Counted from the first letter of the stretch, positions 35,352 through 43,756 are shown. The stretch: 57,005 nt of DNA from Alphaproteobacteria bacterium (GCA_031550205.1 JAVBOV010000028.1:1-57005), one strand, 5' to 3'. The notes: generated by a model from the letters alone, not told the origin. Program-made: numbers and translations.

Positions 35352-37560
35352 AAAAGTTTATCTTTTTGCGCTTCTGGGCAGCACTTGCATCCACTCGCAG
35401 GCTTTTTGCGCGTCTTTTTCACCTGGCACTCCTCACAGTGCCATTGAGCCTTCTTATAACTTAACCAATGTCGCAGATATTACCTCCCCGAAAAACTTTG
35501 AAAAAGAAACCCCTGAAATTTATTTCAGCGCCGATGAAATGGAAAACAACCAAGAACTCCAAATCATCACTGCCTCCGGCGACGTAAACATCATCCGCAA
35601 TACTGTAAGCCTCAAGGCCGACAAGGTCATTTATAACCAAAAAGAAGACATTATCACCGCTGTCGGCAACGTGATTATCATTGAAAAAAACGGCAGTATG
35701 GTTTTTTCCGATTATGTGGAACTAAGCGATAAAATGTCTCAGGGTGAAATGCAAAATATTAAGGTTATTTTAAAAGACCAAAGCCGCATCGCTGCCCGCA
35801 AAATTAAAAAGTTTAAAAATGATGATAAGGAAATGTACAACGCGGTTTATTCCGCCTGCGACATCTGCAAAGGAGAAGAGCCTCTCTGGCAGATAAAAGC
35901 AGACAAAATCACCCACGATGCCGCCAAACAGGACATAGACTACAATAATGTGACCTTGGAGGCTAAAGGCGTTCCGGTTTTTTACACCCCTTTTCTTTCT
36001 CACCCTGACCCCAGCGTAAAAAGGCGTTCCGGCTTTTTAGCCCCGACCTTGGGCTCTAATTCTTATTTGGGTGCAACTTTGCAGCCCAGGTACTTCATTG
36101 ACATCTCCAAACATGAAGACTTCACTTTTTCTCCAATCTTAAGCTCCGATAAAGGCGTTGTTTTAGACGGCACCTACCGCAAAAACTTTTATAGCGGCAA
36201 TCTTGAGGCTCAGGGAAGTTTTTTAAGAGATGATGACAAATCCAAAGACCGCGGGCACTTGTTTGCAAACGGGCGTTATGAATTAAATGACTACTGGGTT
36301 GCCTCAACCAATGTCAACTATGCATCTGACGGCGCCTATCTCAAAGACCTCTCTCTTGATAAAAAAGATGATGCCTGGCTGACCTCTTCCGCCAAACTTG
36401 AAGGCTTTGACTACCGCAACTACGCCGCCGTTGAAGGATATTACTACAAACTCATCAGTACCGACCTGCCTGAGCTTGATAAACCCCACGTTTTCCCGAT
36501 AATGAGTTATGAAAACATCTCCGACCCGCAAAGTTACGGCGCTTATACCAAAACCAACTTAGAGTTTGCCTCTGTCAACCGCGAAGAAGAAACCTCTTCC
36601 CAAAGAGCCACCATGATAAATTCATGGATTCTGCCATATACCAGCCCCTTTGGCGAAAAATACCGCCTGCAGGCCTCCTTAAAATCCGACGCCTATTACG
36701 TTGACAACTACCTAAACCCCGATAATGAAACCTACGACGGCACCGTCGGCCGCATGTTTCCGCAGTTAGGTCTGGAATGGAAGCTTCCTTTTGTCAGGGC
36801 AACGGAAAGTTCCCGCCAAATCTTAGAACCGACAATTGTTGCGGTAGCGGCTCCTAGCGGCGGCAACAAAATCAACAAAATTCCCAATGACGACAGTCTT
36901 TACAAAGAACTCGACGACACCAATATCCTAGACCTTGACCGTTATTCCGGTTATGACCGCAACGATTCCGGCAGCCGCGTCAGCTATGGCTTAAACTGGA
37001 GCACCTACGGCGATAAAACCGGCCGCACCTCTGCCTTCATTGCTCAAAGCTATAATGTGGATTCCGACGAAAACTTTCCTTATGGAAACAGTGAAAAGAG
37101 CTCCAATTTCAGCGATTATGTCGGAAGAGTTTATGCCGCTCCCAATGAATATCTGGATTTAAACTATCGTTTCCGCATGGATAAAGACAACTATGAGTTG
37201 AAATATTCTGAACTTTCAGCCAATGCCGGCCCGCCGATCTTAAACGCATATGTCGGATATATTTATTTGCAAGAAGACGAAAATTCTGTTATTCAGGGAT
37301 ATGACGAACGAAAAGAACTGTTCACGTCCATTCGTTCCGCCTTAAGCCGCGATTGGTCGATTTTGGTTTACAACCGCCAAGACCTTACCAAAGACGGCGG
37401 CTCTCTGGAATATGGCAGCTCTTTAATTTATGAAGACGAGTGTTTAAAACTTATAACCAACATGAGAAGAAACAACTCTAGCGACCCTGATTTTGAAGGC
37501 GATTTTGAAGTTAGCGTTACCTTCTTGTTAAAAACTTTGGGAGGCTTCGGCTCAAAATGA
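35344..37560 (+). CDS. lptD: LPS assembly outer-membrane protein LptD
   Basis: Signal peptide, OstA-like N-terminal domain (ADEMENNQELQIITASGDV..), and a large beta-barrel region rich in aromatic/Gly alternation. ATGA overlap with surA. Confidence 0.88.
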   Translation: MNKKVYLFALLGSTCIHSQAFCASFSPGTPHSAIEPSYNLTNVADITSPKNFEKETPEIYFSADEMENNQELQIITASGDVNIIRNTVSLKADKVIYNQKEDIITAVGNVIIIEKNGSMVFSDYVELSDKMSQGEMQNIKVILKDQSRIAARKIKKFKNDDKEMYNAVYSACDICKGEEPLWQIKADKITHDAAKQDIDYNNVTLEAKGVPVFYTPFLSHPDPSVKRRSGFLAPTLGSNSYLGATLQPRYFIDISKHEDFTFSPILSSDKGVVLDGTYRKNFYSGNLEAQGSFLRDDDKSKDRGHLFANGRYELNDYWVASTNVNYASDGAYLKDLSLDKKDDAWLTSSAKLEGFDYRNYAAVEGYYYKLISTDLPELDKPHVFPIMSYENISDPQSYGAYTKTNLEFASVNREEETSSQRATMINSWILPYTSPFGEKYRLQASLKSDAYYVDNYLNPDNETYDGTVGRMFPQLGLEWKLPFVRATESSRQILEPTIVAVAAPSGGNKINKIPNDDSLYKELDDTNILDLDRYSGYDRNDSGSRVSYGLNWSTYGDKTGRTSAFIAQSYNVDSDENFPYGNSEKSSNFSDYVGRVYAAPNEYLDLNYRFRMDKDNYELKYSELSANAGPPILNAYVGYIYLQEDENSVIQGYDERKELFTSIRSALSRDWSILVYNRQDLTKDGGSLEYGSSLIYEDECLKLITNMRRNNSSDPDFEGDFEVSVTFLLKTLGGFGSK

Positions 37561-38540
37561 AAAAACTTTCCTTATTTTTGCTCAGCCTGGTTTTTGCCGG
37601 CAATTCCTTCGCTCAAAGCGTTGATATTCCTGAACAAAAACCCGACATCAGCTTTAAAAACTCTTCTTCTGCCCAAAGCCGCAGCAGCGGAGATTTCAAG
37701 ATTATTGCCTTGGTCAATGGTGATTTAATTACCGGTGAAGATATCAAAAACCGCATCAACGCCTTTGTCATGACCACCCAAATTCCCTTAAACGAGCAAA
37801 CCCGTCCTTTAATTTCTCAAAAAGTTTTGCAAAACGCCGTGGATGAAAAATTAAAAATACAAGACGCTGAGAAAAACGGCATAATCATAAGCAATTCTGA
37901 AATTAATGCCGCCGTCGCCTCTTTTGAAAAAAACAACTCCATCCGCCCCGGCGGCATGGAAAGCACCCTTAAAAAAGCCGGTGTTTCTCAAGACGCTTTT
38001 CGTGAACAAATTAAGGCCGATTTAGCCTGGCTTAAGCTTGTCCGCAAAAAAAACAGCTCAAACACTTTAACCCAAAAAGAAATTGAACAGGCGGAAGTTG
38101 AGGCCAAAGAAGATCTCTCCATTCAAAAATATATGGTTTCGGAAATCTTAATTAAGAAAAACAACGCCAAAGACATCGACGCTTTGGTAACCCGTCTGCG
38201 CGAAGACCCGCGTTTTGAACTGTACGCCATGCAGTTTTCGCAAAGCCCCAGCGCCTCAAACGGCGGCAAGCTCGGCTGGGTAAACAAAGGTAAATTGCTG
38301 CCTCAGCTTGAAAAAGCCTTAAGTAAAATGCAGGAAGGAGATGTTTCAAACGCCGTTAACATCAACGGTGATTACCATATCTTAAAGCTCCATAAGGTTT
38401 TTGACCCCGACAAAGACAGGGCTCAGGTGCCAAGTGAAGAAGATATTAAAAAATTTCTGGAAAACCAAAAGCTTGAAGCCTTTTCTGCCGATTATCTGCA
38501 AAAACTCCGCTCACAGGCCTTAATTGAACTCAGAAACTAA
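37557..38540 (+). CDS. surA: SurA-like periplasmic chaperone / parvulin PPIase
   Basis: Signal peptide, SurA N-domain, and one parvulin domain (FSQSPSASNGGKLGWVNKGKLLPQLEKAL). Conserved lptD-surA-rsmA order. Confidence 0.85.
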   Translation: MKKLSLFLLSLVFAGNSFAQSVDIPEQKPDISFKNSSSAQSRSSGDFKIIALVNGDLITGEDIKNRINAFVMTTQIPLNEQTRPLISQKVLQNAVDEKLKIQDAEKNGIIISNSEINAAVASFEKNNSIRPGGMESTLKKAGVSQDAFREQIKADLAWLKLVRKKNSSNTLTQKEIEQAEVEAKEDLSIQKYMVSEILIKKNNAKDIDALVTRLREDPRFELYAMQFSQSPSASNGGKLGWVNKGKLLPQLEKALSKMQEGDVSNAVNINGDYHILKLHKVFDPDKDRAQVPSEEDIKKFLENQKLEAFSADYLQKLRSQALIELRN

Positions 38541-39361
38541 TGGAAAACCTAAAAGAAATCATTGCCCGCCACGGCTTAACTGCCAAAAAATCTTTAGGCC
38601 AAAACTTTCTTTTTGACAGCAATATCACTGATAAAATCGTCAGTTTAAGCCTTGAAAAACAAGCCCTTAAAGACCTGTCGCAATCTTTTGTTTTTGAAAT
38701 CGGCTCCGGCCCCACCGGCCTAACCCGCTCCGTTTTAAAGAAAAACCCGCAAAAACTGACTTTGGTTGAAATGGATTCGCGCTGCATCGCCATCGCTGAA
38801 GAGCTGAAACAACAAACCGGCGCCAATATTGAGATTATAAACCAAGACGCCTTAAAAACCGACTTAAGTCAAATGGAAAGAAGCCCGCGTCATATTTTTG
38901 GCAATCTTCCATATAATATTTCCGTTCCGCTGCTCATCGGCTGGCTCAAAAATATTGAAAGTTTTGATAGCTTAACTTTAATGTTTCAAAAAGAAGTGGC
39001 GGAAAGAATTATGGCGCCGACCAAAACCAAAGACTACGGCCGCATTTCCATTCTTTCCCAACTGCTTTGCCAAACCGACAAGCTTTTTGACATCAGCCCA
39101 GAGAGCTTTATCCCCGCCCCCAAAATCTGGTCAACCGTGTTGCTGTTCCGCCCGCTTCATGCCGATATCAGCGCTAAAGACATTGAAAACATTGAAAAAT
39201 TAACTGCCATGGCCTTCGGCCAGCGCCGTAAAATGATTCGCTCCTCCTTAAAAAACATCCCCAACTTAGAAGGCCTTTGCCAAAAAATCGGCATCAAAAC
39301 CGATTCCCGCGCCGAAGAACTAACCCCGGCCCAATTCCTCTCCCTGGCCAAATTAATCTAA
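38540..39361 (+). CDS. rsmA: 16S rRNA (adenine1518/1519-N6)-dimethyltransferase
   Basis: KKSLGQNFL, EIGSGPTGLT and GNLPYNIS motifs. Confidence 0.95.
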   Translation: MENLKEIIARHGLTAKKSLGQNFLFDSNITDKIVSLSLEKQALKDLSQSFVFEIGSGPTGLTRSVLKKNPQKLTLVEMDSRCIAIAEELKQQTGANIEIINQDALKTDLSQMERSPRHIFGNLPYNISVPLLIGWLKNIESFDSLTLMFQKEVAERIMAPTKTKDYGRISILSQLLCQTDKLFDISPESFIPAPKIWSTVLLFRPLHADISAKDIENIEKLTAMAFGQRRKMIRSSLKNIPNLEGLCQKIGIKTDSRAEELTPAQFLSLAKLI

Positions 39362-39368
39362 CATTCAC

Positions 39369-39399
39369 GTCATTGCGAGGCCTTTAGGCCGCGGCAATC
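39369..39399. repeat. GTCATTGCGAGG..GCGGCAATC hairpin repeat
   Basis: gtcattgcgaggcctttaggccgcggcaatc is nearly identical to 54849-54879. Confidence 0.7.
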
Positions 39400-39496
39400 T
39401 CATTCTTACCATCCATATTTTGTCTAAATCTCTATTGCATTATCCCCAAACTTATGCTACCCTCCCCTCAAATCAAAATTATTAAATCATATCATT

Positions 39497-40633
39497 ATGG
39501 AAAAAACATTATTTAACGGCAACATCTTAAAAGTAAGACTAGCCAAATTTAACAAAAATCGTCGGGTTTTAACTATTGAAACGCCGGATGGCGAAGAGCT
39601 ATTCCGAAAAAAACTTTCTTTAAACTTCATAATTGCAACACATTTCAATTTTGTTTGCTTTTACGATTATAAGAACAATTTTTTCTCTTCAAATACCGCC
39701 TGGCTAACCGCCAACGGCCAACTCTTAAGCGACGACTACCAGCCTTTTGCAGAAGAAGACTTCGTTCCCGCCGGCATCATCGCCACCAACAAAATCAACG
39801 GTCTAACCGGTTTAATCGATTTTCTTGGCAATGAAATTATCCCCTGCGGATATAAAGACATCATTGAGTTCAAAAAAGCCACCCACCCCGGATGTCCGAA
39901 AGGTTGGTTTGCGCTAAGAAAAAGCAGCGATCTTCTTATGGGCTTAGCCAACAAAGAAGGAAATATTGTCATTCCGGCAATATATGATGATATCAGCTTC
40001 ACCCCGTTTCACATAATCGCCGAAGATTCTCAAAAAAATTATTTTCGCTTTTACGATTTTAAAGGAACAATAAAAGGTGAGCTCGAAAAAGTGGACTTTG
40101 ATAAGAAAAACAATGTTTACAAGGTCATGACTAAAGTCGGCTTTGACATTTTGTCCTCTGATTTAAAAAGCATTCTGCCAAATGAAGTGCAAAAAAACAT
40201 ATTAAAAGATACATTTGTTTTTACTGCTCGTCATACAAATCTTTTTAACGGTGGCAAGGTTATCCTCTATCCCGACAAAGAAGGCCGCATCAGGATTTAT
40301 GGTTCAAAAAACAACCATAAAAAAGGCAACGACGTTTCTGAATTTGACGACATGTGGTTTTTCAAACAGCAAATCTGCGAACAAGGCTTTGCCCTGTTAA
40401 ACCAAGACTGGGTTATCTTCGATAAACAAGGCAACGCTCTTGCTTCAATGCTGATAGATGATTTAAAGCTGCTTCCGGAGGGAATCGTGCTCTATAAGCG
40501 TTCTTTTTCCGGCAAAACCAAACAAGGTTTTATGGATTGGAAAGGAAAACTGCTCTATCCCATTACTTTTGATGAAATTGTATTCAAAAAAGGAGTAGCC
40601 CTCGGAAAAAACAATTCTATTTTCGACAAATGA
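39497..40633 (+). CDS. WG/KWG-repeat-like protein (paralogue of 53694-54764)
   Basis: Repeated units of the form G(L/F)xxxxGxxVIPxxYDxIxxF (GLIDFLGNEIIPCGYKDIIEF, GLANKEGNIVIPAIYDDISF). Clear paralogy to the second copy, including the leader. Confidence 0.65.
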   Translation: MEKTLFNGNILKVRLAKFNKNRRVLTIETPDGEELFRKKLSLNFIIATHFNFVCFYDYKNNFFSSNTAWLTANGQLLSDDYQPFAEEDFVPAGIIATNKINGLTGLIDFLGNEIIPCGYKDIIEFKKATHPGCPKGWFALRKSSDLLMGLANKEGNIVIPAIYDDISFTPFHIIAEDSQKNYFRFYDFKGTIKGELEKVDFDKKNNVYKVMTKVGFDILSSDLKSILPNEVQKNILKDTFVFTARHTNLFNGGKVILYPDKEGRIRIYGSKNNHKKGNDVSEFDDMWFFKQQICEQGFALLNQDWVIFDKQGNALASMLIDDLKLLPEGIVLYKRSFSGKTKQGFMDWKGKLLYPITFDEIVFKKGVALGKNNSIFDK

Positions 40634-40634
40634 C

Positions 40635-40662
40635 TTGACAAAAACATTTTTTGTGCTAATAT
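40635..40662 (+). promoter_or_regulatory. Near-consensus sigma-70 promoter overlapping the stop of the WG gene
   Basis: TTGACA (40635-40640), 16-nt spacer, TAATAT (40657-40662). Confidence 0.45.
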
Positions 40663-40668
40663 GAGTTC

Positions 40669-40873
40669 ATCTTATCAGTTACTGTCTAAATTATTTTATA
40701 CACATAAGCCCGAATTTACCGACCTCGGGCTCCTAAAACCAAACTATATGAATAAAACAATCCCAAATTTCGCACGCGTCCGCAACAAATCGCCGGCTGC
40801 TGTTTTGAATAATGGTTAATTTTTACTACATGACACTTAAAAAGCTTCCTTTGCACTGGGAAGCTTTTTTTTT
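40669..40873 (+). ncRNA. Candidate ~200-nt transcript of unknown class, bounded by a promoter and a terminator
   Basis: Begins just after the TTGACA/TAATAT promoter and ends at aaaagcttcc-tttgcact-gggaagctttttttt (40840-40873). Has an internal hairpin agcccga-N11-tcgggct. I could not match it to SRP, 6S, tmRNA or RNase P motifs. Confidence 0.3.
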
Positions 40874-40889
40874 AAAAAACCAATCGATA

Positions 40890-40992
40890 GGCTTGATGTG
40901 AGGGTGTGCTGCGCCGTAACTTTGCAGGCGCGAGTGTACACTTTAGTACATAAGCCTGCAAAATTACAAGCATGACGCCCTCAAAGCAAGCC
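40890..40992. repeat. Family-B palindromic element, copy 2 (abuts the aroK stop codon)
   Basis: ggcttgatgtgagggtg...ctttgcaggc-gcgagtgtacactttagtacataa-gcctgcaaaatt...cgccctcaaagcaagcc. Confidence 0.8.
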
Positions 40993-40994
40993 CC

Positions 40995-41528
40995 TTATCT
41001 GGAAAACCCCTTAATCGCCGAAACCACCCTTTCAACAGTATTATCCACCTGCTCTTCCTTGGTCTCGACAATAATATCGGCTTCGGAATAATACGGATAT
41101 TCCTCGCCGATATATTTTTCCAGCTTATCTTTAAGCTGAACATCGCTTTCTTTCAAAAACGGACGATGCTTGCGGCCGGCGGTGCGGCTGTATAAAATAT
41201 CAACATCGGCTTTCAGCCAGACTGTCACTGCATGTTCTTTGGCCAGCTCTCTGGTTTCTTCCGCCACAAAAGAGCCTCCGCCCGAAGCCAAAACGCAGGG
41301 CTCGCCTTTCAAAAGGCGCTTCATCACCCTCATTTCTCCGGCACGATACTCTTCTTCGCCAAAACACTTCAAAACATCAACCAAAGACAAGCCGGCGGCT
41401 TTTTCAAGTTCTTGGTCGCCATCCACAAACGGCAGCCCCAGCTTTTTAGCCAGTCTTTTTCCGACGCTGGTTTTACCGCTGCCCATCAGCCCCACCAGCA
41501 AAATAATCCTGTTTATTTTTTCAACCAT
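40995..41528 (-). CDS. aroK: Shikimate kinase
   Basis: LVGLMGSGKTSVGKRLAKKLGLPFVDGD and the ASGGG block. Confidence 0.93.
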   Translation of the reverse strand: MVEKINRIILLVGLMGSGKTSVGKRLAKKLGLPFVDGDQELEKAAGLSLVDVLKCFGEEEYRAGEMRVMKRLLKGEPCVLASGGGSFVAEETRELAKEHAVTVWLKADVDILYSRTAGRKHRPFLKESDVQLKDKLEKYIGEEYPYYSEADIIVETKEEQVDNTVERVVSAIKGFSR

Positions 41529-41576
41529 GTGTGTTATTATCTTAAAAAAAGTTCAACCTATAGAAAGTTATATATC

Positions 41577-41717
41577 ATGCGTCAAAAAAAATCAAAAAAA
41601 TTTTTATACATCCTTGCCGGCGTAGCCGTTTTGGGCATCTTATTTGCCGCCACGCGTGAAATGCCGATTAAAACCGAGCACGTTGAGCAGCCCTTAGAGA
41701 ACTCTTTCTTGAAATGA
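41577..41717 (+). CDS. Possible 46-aa single-pass membrane peptide
   Basis: MRQKKSKKFLYILAGVAVLGILFAAT.... The stop overlaps the xerD ATG (ATGA). No clear RBS. It is the only part of track ORF 41232-41717 that is not antisense to aroK. Confidence 0.3.
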   Translation: MRQKKSKKFLYILAGVAVLGILFAATREMPIKTEHVEQPLENSFLK

Positions 41718-42721
41718 ATAGACCTGTCTCAAAATTGAATTTTTCGGGTCAAATGGAGGAAGACCCGGAGCACAGAAGCGGAGTGTACACTTTAGTACCT
41801 GAGCATTCGAGCACCGGAAGCGACCACGCAGTTGAGCAGAAAAAACAATTTATAGACAGGTCTAAAGACCAGATCAGAAATTTCCTAAATACCATTGTCG
41901 CTGAAAAAGGCGCATCAAAAAACACAGTTGAAGCCTATAAAGCAGATCTGGAGCAATTTTTTGAATTCAGCTCCACCTGCAATAAGGAAGATTTATCTGA
42001 CTTTATCAGATATTTAAGCACTCAGGGCTTTGCCGCCAAAAGCATCAACCGCAAGGCCTCTGCCCTAAGAGAGTTTTTTAAGTTTTTGTTTTCTGAAAAA
42101 GAAATCAAAGAAAACCCGGCTGTCCACTTGTCCGGCCCCAAGGCTGAAAAACCGCTGCCCAAATTTTTAACCGAAACCGAAATCCGCAAATTGGCAGAAA
42201 ACGCCAACGACATCAAAATTCGCTGCATGATAGAACTGATGTACGCCTGCGGCCTGCGTGTTTCAGAACTGGTCAGCCTGCCTGAAAACTGCATCAATTT
42301 TGAAAGAAAGCAACTCTTGGTCCGCGGCAAAGGCTCCAAAGAAAGAATTGTGCCCATCAGCGATTCGGCCGCCAAAATCGCTTTGGAGTATTTAACTTTC
42401 AGAGAAAACAGCTTAAAAAGAAAATCGGTTTGGTTTTTTCCATCTTCCCGCTCCGCTTCCGGCCACCTAACCAGAAATGCTTTTTTCAAAAGAATTAAAG
42501 ACATCGGAGCCAAGGCCGGCATCTATGCCCAAAGGCTTTCCCCCCATGTCTTAAGACACTCTTTTGCCACTCATTTGTTAAACCACCACGCCGACCTGCG
42601 CAGCGTCCAAAAAATGCTCGGCCACGAAGACATCTCCACCACTGAAGTCTACACCCACATCATCACAGGCCAACTAATCAAAACCATCCAAAAAAACCAC
42701 CCCTTAGCTAAGAAACATTAA
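41714..42721 (+). CDS. xerD: Tyrosine recombinase XerD with a 48-aa N-terminal insertion
   Basis: SAM-like N-domain (IRNFLNTIVAEKGASKNTVEAYKADL) and catalytic region with RVSEL, GKGSKER, HVLRHSFATHLL and GHEDISTTEVYTH. There is no in-frame ATG/GTG/TTG between codon 14 and the conserved core. Confidence 0.93.
   Translation: MNRPVSKLNFSGQMEEDPEHRSGVYTLVPEHSSTGSDHAVEQKKQFIDRSKDQIRNFLNTIVAEKGASKNTVEAYKADLEQFFEFSSTCNKEDLSDFIRYLSTQGFAAKSINRKASALREFFKFLFSEKEIKENPAVHLSGPKAEKPLPKFLTETEIRKLAENANDIKIRCMIELMYACGLRVSELVSLPENCINFERKQLLVRGKGSKERIVPISDSAAKIALEYLTFRENSLKRKSVWFFPSSRSASGHLTRNAFFKRIKDIGAKAGIYAQRLSPHVLRHSFATHLLNHHADLRSVQKMLGHEDISTTEVYTHIITGQLIKTIQKNHPLAKKH
41720..41863. repeat. 144-bp inverted-repeat element inside the xerD coding sequence (family-B related)
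   Basis: Termini are agacctgtctcaaaattg ... caatttatagacaggtct. The core gcggagtgtacactttagtacctgagc matches the family-B core. Length is exactly 48 codons. Confidence 0.75.
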
Positions 42722-42727
42722 TCTTTC

Positions 42728-42768
42728 TTCTCCCTTCCCCTTGATGGGGAAGGGTTGGGGTGGGGGTG
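42728..42768. repeat. GC-rich hairpin repeat (cttcccc..ggggaag / ggggtggggg type)
   Basis: cttctcccttccccttgatggggaagggttggggtgggggt, related to 8581-8620. Confidence 0.6.
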
Positions 42769-42841
42769 ATAAACCCAACCACCCTTATTTCTCCTTGACT
42801 CCAAATCAATAAAGTCTTTACTTTTCAACAATCTTACCTGA

Positions 42842-42861
42842 TACGTGACGCGCATCACGTA
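42842..42861. promoter_or_regulatory. TACGTGA-N6-TCACGTA palindrome, second locus
   Basis: tacgtga cgcgca tcacgta lies immediately 3' of the XRE gene stop (42864). Same half-sites and spacing as 29191-29210. Confidence 0.45.
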
Positions 42862-42863
42862 AT

Positions 42864-43109
42864 TTAAATATCCTCGTCCAAAAACCCGCAAGCATCCATA
42901 ATTTTTGCAAAATCCAGCAGCCGAATTCTTTTTTCTCCAAGCTCCATATCATTCAAATCCACCTTCTCAACTCCTATTTTATCCGCCATTTCCACCACCG
43001 ATAACCCCTTAGCAGCTCTCATCTTAATAATCAAACGTCTTACAACCTTTTGATTACTCTCATAACTAAGTTCAAAGTCTTCTTCAGTATAGTGGCAACT
43101 TTCAGTCAT
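42864..43109 (-). CDS. XRE-family HTH protein
   Basis: AAKGLSVVEMADKIGVEKVDLNDMELGEKR helix-turn-helix. 81 aa. Confidence 0.7.
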   Translation of the reverse strand: MTESCHYTEEDFELSYESNQKVVRRLIIKMRAAKGLSVVEMADKIGVEKVDLNDMELGEKRIRLLDFAKIMDACGFLDEDI

Positions 43110-43197
43110 GGCTCAAATCCTATCTATAGCCCAATTTGGGCTTAGCCTATAATAGGTTTAACAAGTTGTCTAGGAAAAACTTTCTAGAGAATAAAAA

Positions 43198-43437
43198 ATG
43201 ACCAAATCTATGTATTCGGAAAGACACATCAAAATAAGAGCAATGCTCCTGGAAGAACGCCAAAACAGCGGGTTAAGCCAAGAAGCTTTGGCAGAAAAAC
43301 TGGGCGTAAATCAGACTTATGTTTCCAAATATGAAATCGGAGAAAGAAGGCTCGATATAGAAGAGTTTCTAGACATCGCCGAAGCCCTAAACTTCGACCC
43401 CGCCAACTTCATCAAAAAACTCCACAAAACCAACTAA
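43198..43437 (+). CDS. XRE-family HTH protein
   Basis: RQNSGLSQEALAEKLGVNQTYVSKYEIGERRL is the canonical HTH_XRE pattern. 79 aa. Divergent from 42864-43109. Confidence 0.75.
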   Translation: MTKSMYSERHIKIRAMLLEERQNSGLSQEALAEKLGVNQTYVSKYEIGERRLDIEEFLDIAEALNFDPANFIKKLHKTN

Positions 43438-43440
43438 AAA

Positions 43441-43733
43441 AACCAACTATCCTTATACTCTTTCTTTCCTGCCTTAGGAAAAGTATTTAGATTTTGTTAG
43501 CGTAGTCTTGCGTCCTTCGGCTTGAGCGTGAGTCCTGCCGACTTAGAAAGTAAGACAGCTAAAGAACAATAACTCACTAAGGCAGGACATTAGCGAGAGA
43601 GCAAAACGGGCATTACAAAATCTTAGAAAGCGGAACTCAGGCTGCCTTTTTTGCCATACTTTTTGGGCAAGCAAAAAGTATGAAAACTACGTGCAGGTAA
43701 TAAACTCTAGGAAAAAAATACGAATGAAATTGC
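43441..43733 (+). repeat. Family-A structured intergenic element, copy 3 (most diverged)
   Basis: aaccaactatccttat...cctgccttagg...gtcctgcc / ggcaggac...cggaactcaggctg, then hairpin catacttttt-gggcaagc-aaaaagtatg (43655-43682), then an A-rich tail ending gaaattgc. Confidence 0.75.
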
Positions 43734-43756
43734 AAAAACAGCTAAGGTAAAAAACC

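Noticed and set aside
40748-40819. 23-codon ORF MNKTIPNFARVRNKSPAAVLNNG treated as a real gene.
   Set aside because: It has no Shine-Dalgarno sequence and no recognisable family. It is kept only as an alternative reading of the orphan transcript unit.
41232-41576. The first 115 codons of track ORF 41232-41717.
   Set aside because: They are antisense to aroK. Only the last 46 codons, from the ATG at 41577, lie in intergenic DNA, and even those are kept only at low confidence.
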